A stretch of 16,589 nt of DNA from assembly GCA_019637115.1 (NCBI GenBank), contig JAHBWH010000190.1, forward strand, positions 1-16,589, written 5' to 3'. The notes under the pieces were generated by a model, which was not told where the DNA came from, did not search any database, and saw only the letters and a program-made list of their open reading frames with translations. Positions 15,353-16,589 of the stretch are shown piece after piece (positions within the stretch are counted from its first letter, which is position 1; each line of letters opens with the position of its first letter). The translations under genes and the position numbers were made by a program. The stretch is from Myxococcales bacterium (GTDB lineage: Bacteria > Myxococcota_A > Polyangia > Polyangiales > Houyiibacteriaceae).

Positions 15353-15607
15353 TCACGCCCCGAGGCGCGTCGCCAACGCGAGGTAGGCGTCGCCCGCGGC
15401 CTCTCGGCTCATGCCCTTCTTCGCGGCCCACGCATCCCATTTGGCGCGACCGCGCACGTCGAGCATGCCCGGTCGGCTACCCGTCACGTCGCCGACCGTC
15501 GCTTGTTTGTAGAGCGCGTAGAGGGCGAGCATGTCGGAGGTCCCGGGTGTGCTCGGCAAGGAGTTCACGCGCTGGACCGCCGCTTCGAGCTCTTCTCGCG
15601 TCGCCAT
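15353..15607 (-). CDS. acyl-CoA-binding protein (ACBP)
   Basis: This is an 84-aa protein with the hallmark ACBP motifs LALYALYKQATVGD and KWDAWAAKKGMSREAA (the KWDAW box). The ATG is at 15607; the ORF-track start at 15610 is a GTG one codon upstream. Confidence 0.85.
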   Translation of the reverse strand: MATREELEAAVQRVNSLPSTPGTSDMLALYALYKQATVGDVTGSRPGMLDVRGRAKWDAWAAKKGMSREAAGDAYLALATRLGA

Positions 15608-15626
15608 CACGCGACGCTACCAGCCA

Positions 15627-15732
15627 TCGCGGAGGTTGGGCACGCCCGATCCGAGACGCGGCGCTCGCGCCGCTCGCCCTCGCGGAGGTTGGGCACGCCC
15701 GATCCGAGACGCGGCGCTCGCGCCGCTCGCCC
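15627..15732. repeat. perfect 53-bp tandem duplication (x2 plus an 11-bp partial third copy) in the acbp/wrbA divergent intergenic region
   Basis: TCGCGGAGGTTGGGCACGCCCGATCCGAGACGCGGCGCTCGCGCCGCTCGCCC occurs at 15627-15679 and identically at 15680-15732, followed by TCGCGGCAACC. Confidence 0.9.
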
Positions 15733-15782
15733 TCGCGGCAACCATCCCCCTCGCGTGGTTGGAACCCACCTGTTCCCCAGTT

Positions 15783-15815
15783 GGAACGATTCGTTCAAGT
15801 CACTCGAATCGTTCC
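15783..15815 (+). promoter_or_regulatory. perfect 11-bp inverted repeat GGAACGATTCG-N11-CGAATCGTTCC about 32 bp upstream of wrbA (candidate operator or leader hairpin)
   Basis: Read directly from the sequence. It is flanked by two further GGAAC/GTTCC elements (TTGGAACccacctGTTCC at 15759-15776). Confidence 0.4.
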
Positions 15816-15846
15816 TCGGCGTCTCCTATTCGAGGAGACCCTGTCC

Positions 15847-16470
15847 ATGCCGAACGTCGCGATCATCTACTACTCGTCCACGGGAACCAACGCCGCCATC
15901 GCGGAGGCCATCGCCGAAGGCGCGCGCGCCGCGGGGGCGGAGGTCCGGCTTCGCCTCGTCGCGGAGACGGCGCCCGACGCCGCGATCGACTCGAACCCGA
16001 AGTGGCGCGCCTTCGTCGACGAGAAGCGCGGGGAGCCCCGCGCGACGCCCGCCGATCTGGAGTGGGCCGACGCGGTCGTCTTCGGCACGCCGACCCGCTT
16101 CGGGAACATGGCCGCGCAGCTCAAGCAGTTCATCGACACGCTCGGCGGCGCCTGGTTCCAGGGCAAGCTCGCCGACAAGGTCTACGCCGGGTTCACGAGC
16201 GCGATGAACGTCCACGGCGGCCAGGAGGCGACGCTGCTCGCGCTCTACACCAGCATCCACCACTTCGGCGGCTACATCGTCACGCCGGGCTACACCGACC
16301 CCGTCACCTTCGCCAGCGGCGGCAACCCCTATGGCGTGAGCGTGACGACCGGCCCCGAGGGGAGCGGACCGAGCGAGCACGACCTCGCGCACGCGCGCTA
16401 CCTCGGTCGCCGCGTCGCCGAGGTCGCTGCTCGGCTGCGAGCGCCGCGGGCCGAGGTCTCTGCCGCCTGA
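15847..16470 (+). CDS. wrbA: NAD(P)H:quinone oxidoreductase WrbA (flavodoxin-like fold, type IV NQO)
   Basis: MPNVAIIYYSSTGTNAAIAEAIAEGA is a flavodoxin-like FMN-binding N-terminus. ADAVVFGTPTRFGNMAAQLKQFIDTLGGAWFQGKL and ATLLALYTSIHHFGGYIVTPGY match WrbA family conservation. The RBS is GAGGAG and the ATG is at 15847. Confidence 0.85.
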   Translation: MPNVAIIYYSSTGTNAAIAEAIAEGARAAGAEVRLRLVAETAPDAAIDSNPKWRAFVDEKRGEPRATPADLEWADAVVFGTPTRFGNMAAQLKQFIDTLGGAWFQGKLADKVYAGFTSAMNVHGGQEATLLALYTSIHHFGGYIVTPGYTDPVTFASGGNPYGVSVTTGPEGSGPSEHDLAHARYLGRRVAEVAARLRAPRAEVSAA

Positions 16471-16589
16471 CCTCGCGCGATCCCTCCACAGAATCGGAGT
16501 CGAGTCAGCTCCTGACCGCCCTGCCCGGGCGAGCCATAGGGATGAAACCGGCCGCCGATTTTCGCTGTGATTTCTTGGCGTGCGAGTCG

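Noticed and set aside
15765-15785. Sigma-54-type promoter (TGGCAC-N5-TTGC) suggested by TTGGGCACGCCCGATCC inside the 53-bp repeat
   Set aside because: The -24 GG/CAC element is approximated, but the -12 element TTGC is absent (ATCC instead), so it does not meet the consensus.

Overview
This is a 16.6-kb window of very GC-rich (about 70% GC) bacterial chromosome. Codon style and high GC3 fit Myxococcota or another high-GC lineage. Twelve protein genes are supported. Housekeeping-type genes are ribA (GTP cyclohydrolase II), alkB (Fe/2OG dioxygenase), a stand-alone catalytic-domain 2-oxoacid dehydrogenase E2-type acyltransferase, an 84-aa acyl-CoA-binding protein (KWDAW motif) and wrbA. The centre of the window holds a same-strand cluster: a YqiJ/NfeD-like OB-fold membrane protein, a long (708 aa) YqiK-type SPFH flotillin, and an 1821-aa giant protein of unknown function. 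The giant protein has a single MoxR/AAA_5-class AAA+ module near its C-terminus (Walker A GYGKTT, Walker B LYLDD, GNP sensor) and is my best candidate for an undescribed flotillin-associated system. Downstream lie a secreted 499-aa cysteine-containing hypothetical protein, a small P-loop NTPase and a hypothetical protein. Non-coding structure includes a roughly 235-bp tandem array of 12 imperfect palindromic 18/22-bp units (GGGCTCGC-NN-GCGAG) in a divergent intergenic region, a perfect 53-bp tandem duplication plus an 11-bp perfect inverted repeat in the acbp/wrbA divergent promoter region, and several GC-rich terminator-like hairpins. There are no rRNA or tRNA genes, no CRISPR array and no recognisable mobile-element genes. 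The many long antisense and overlapping ORFs in the six-frame track are GC-rich artefacts.
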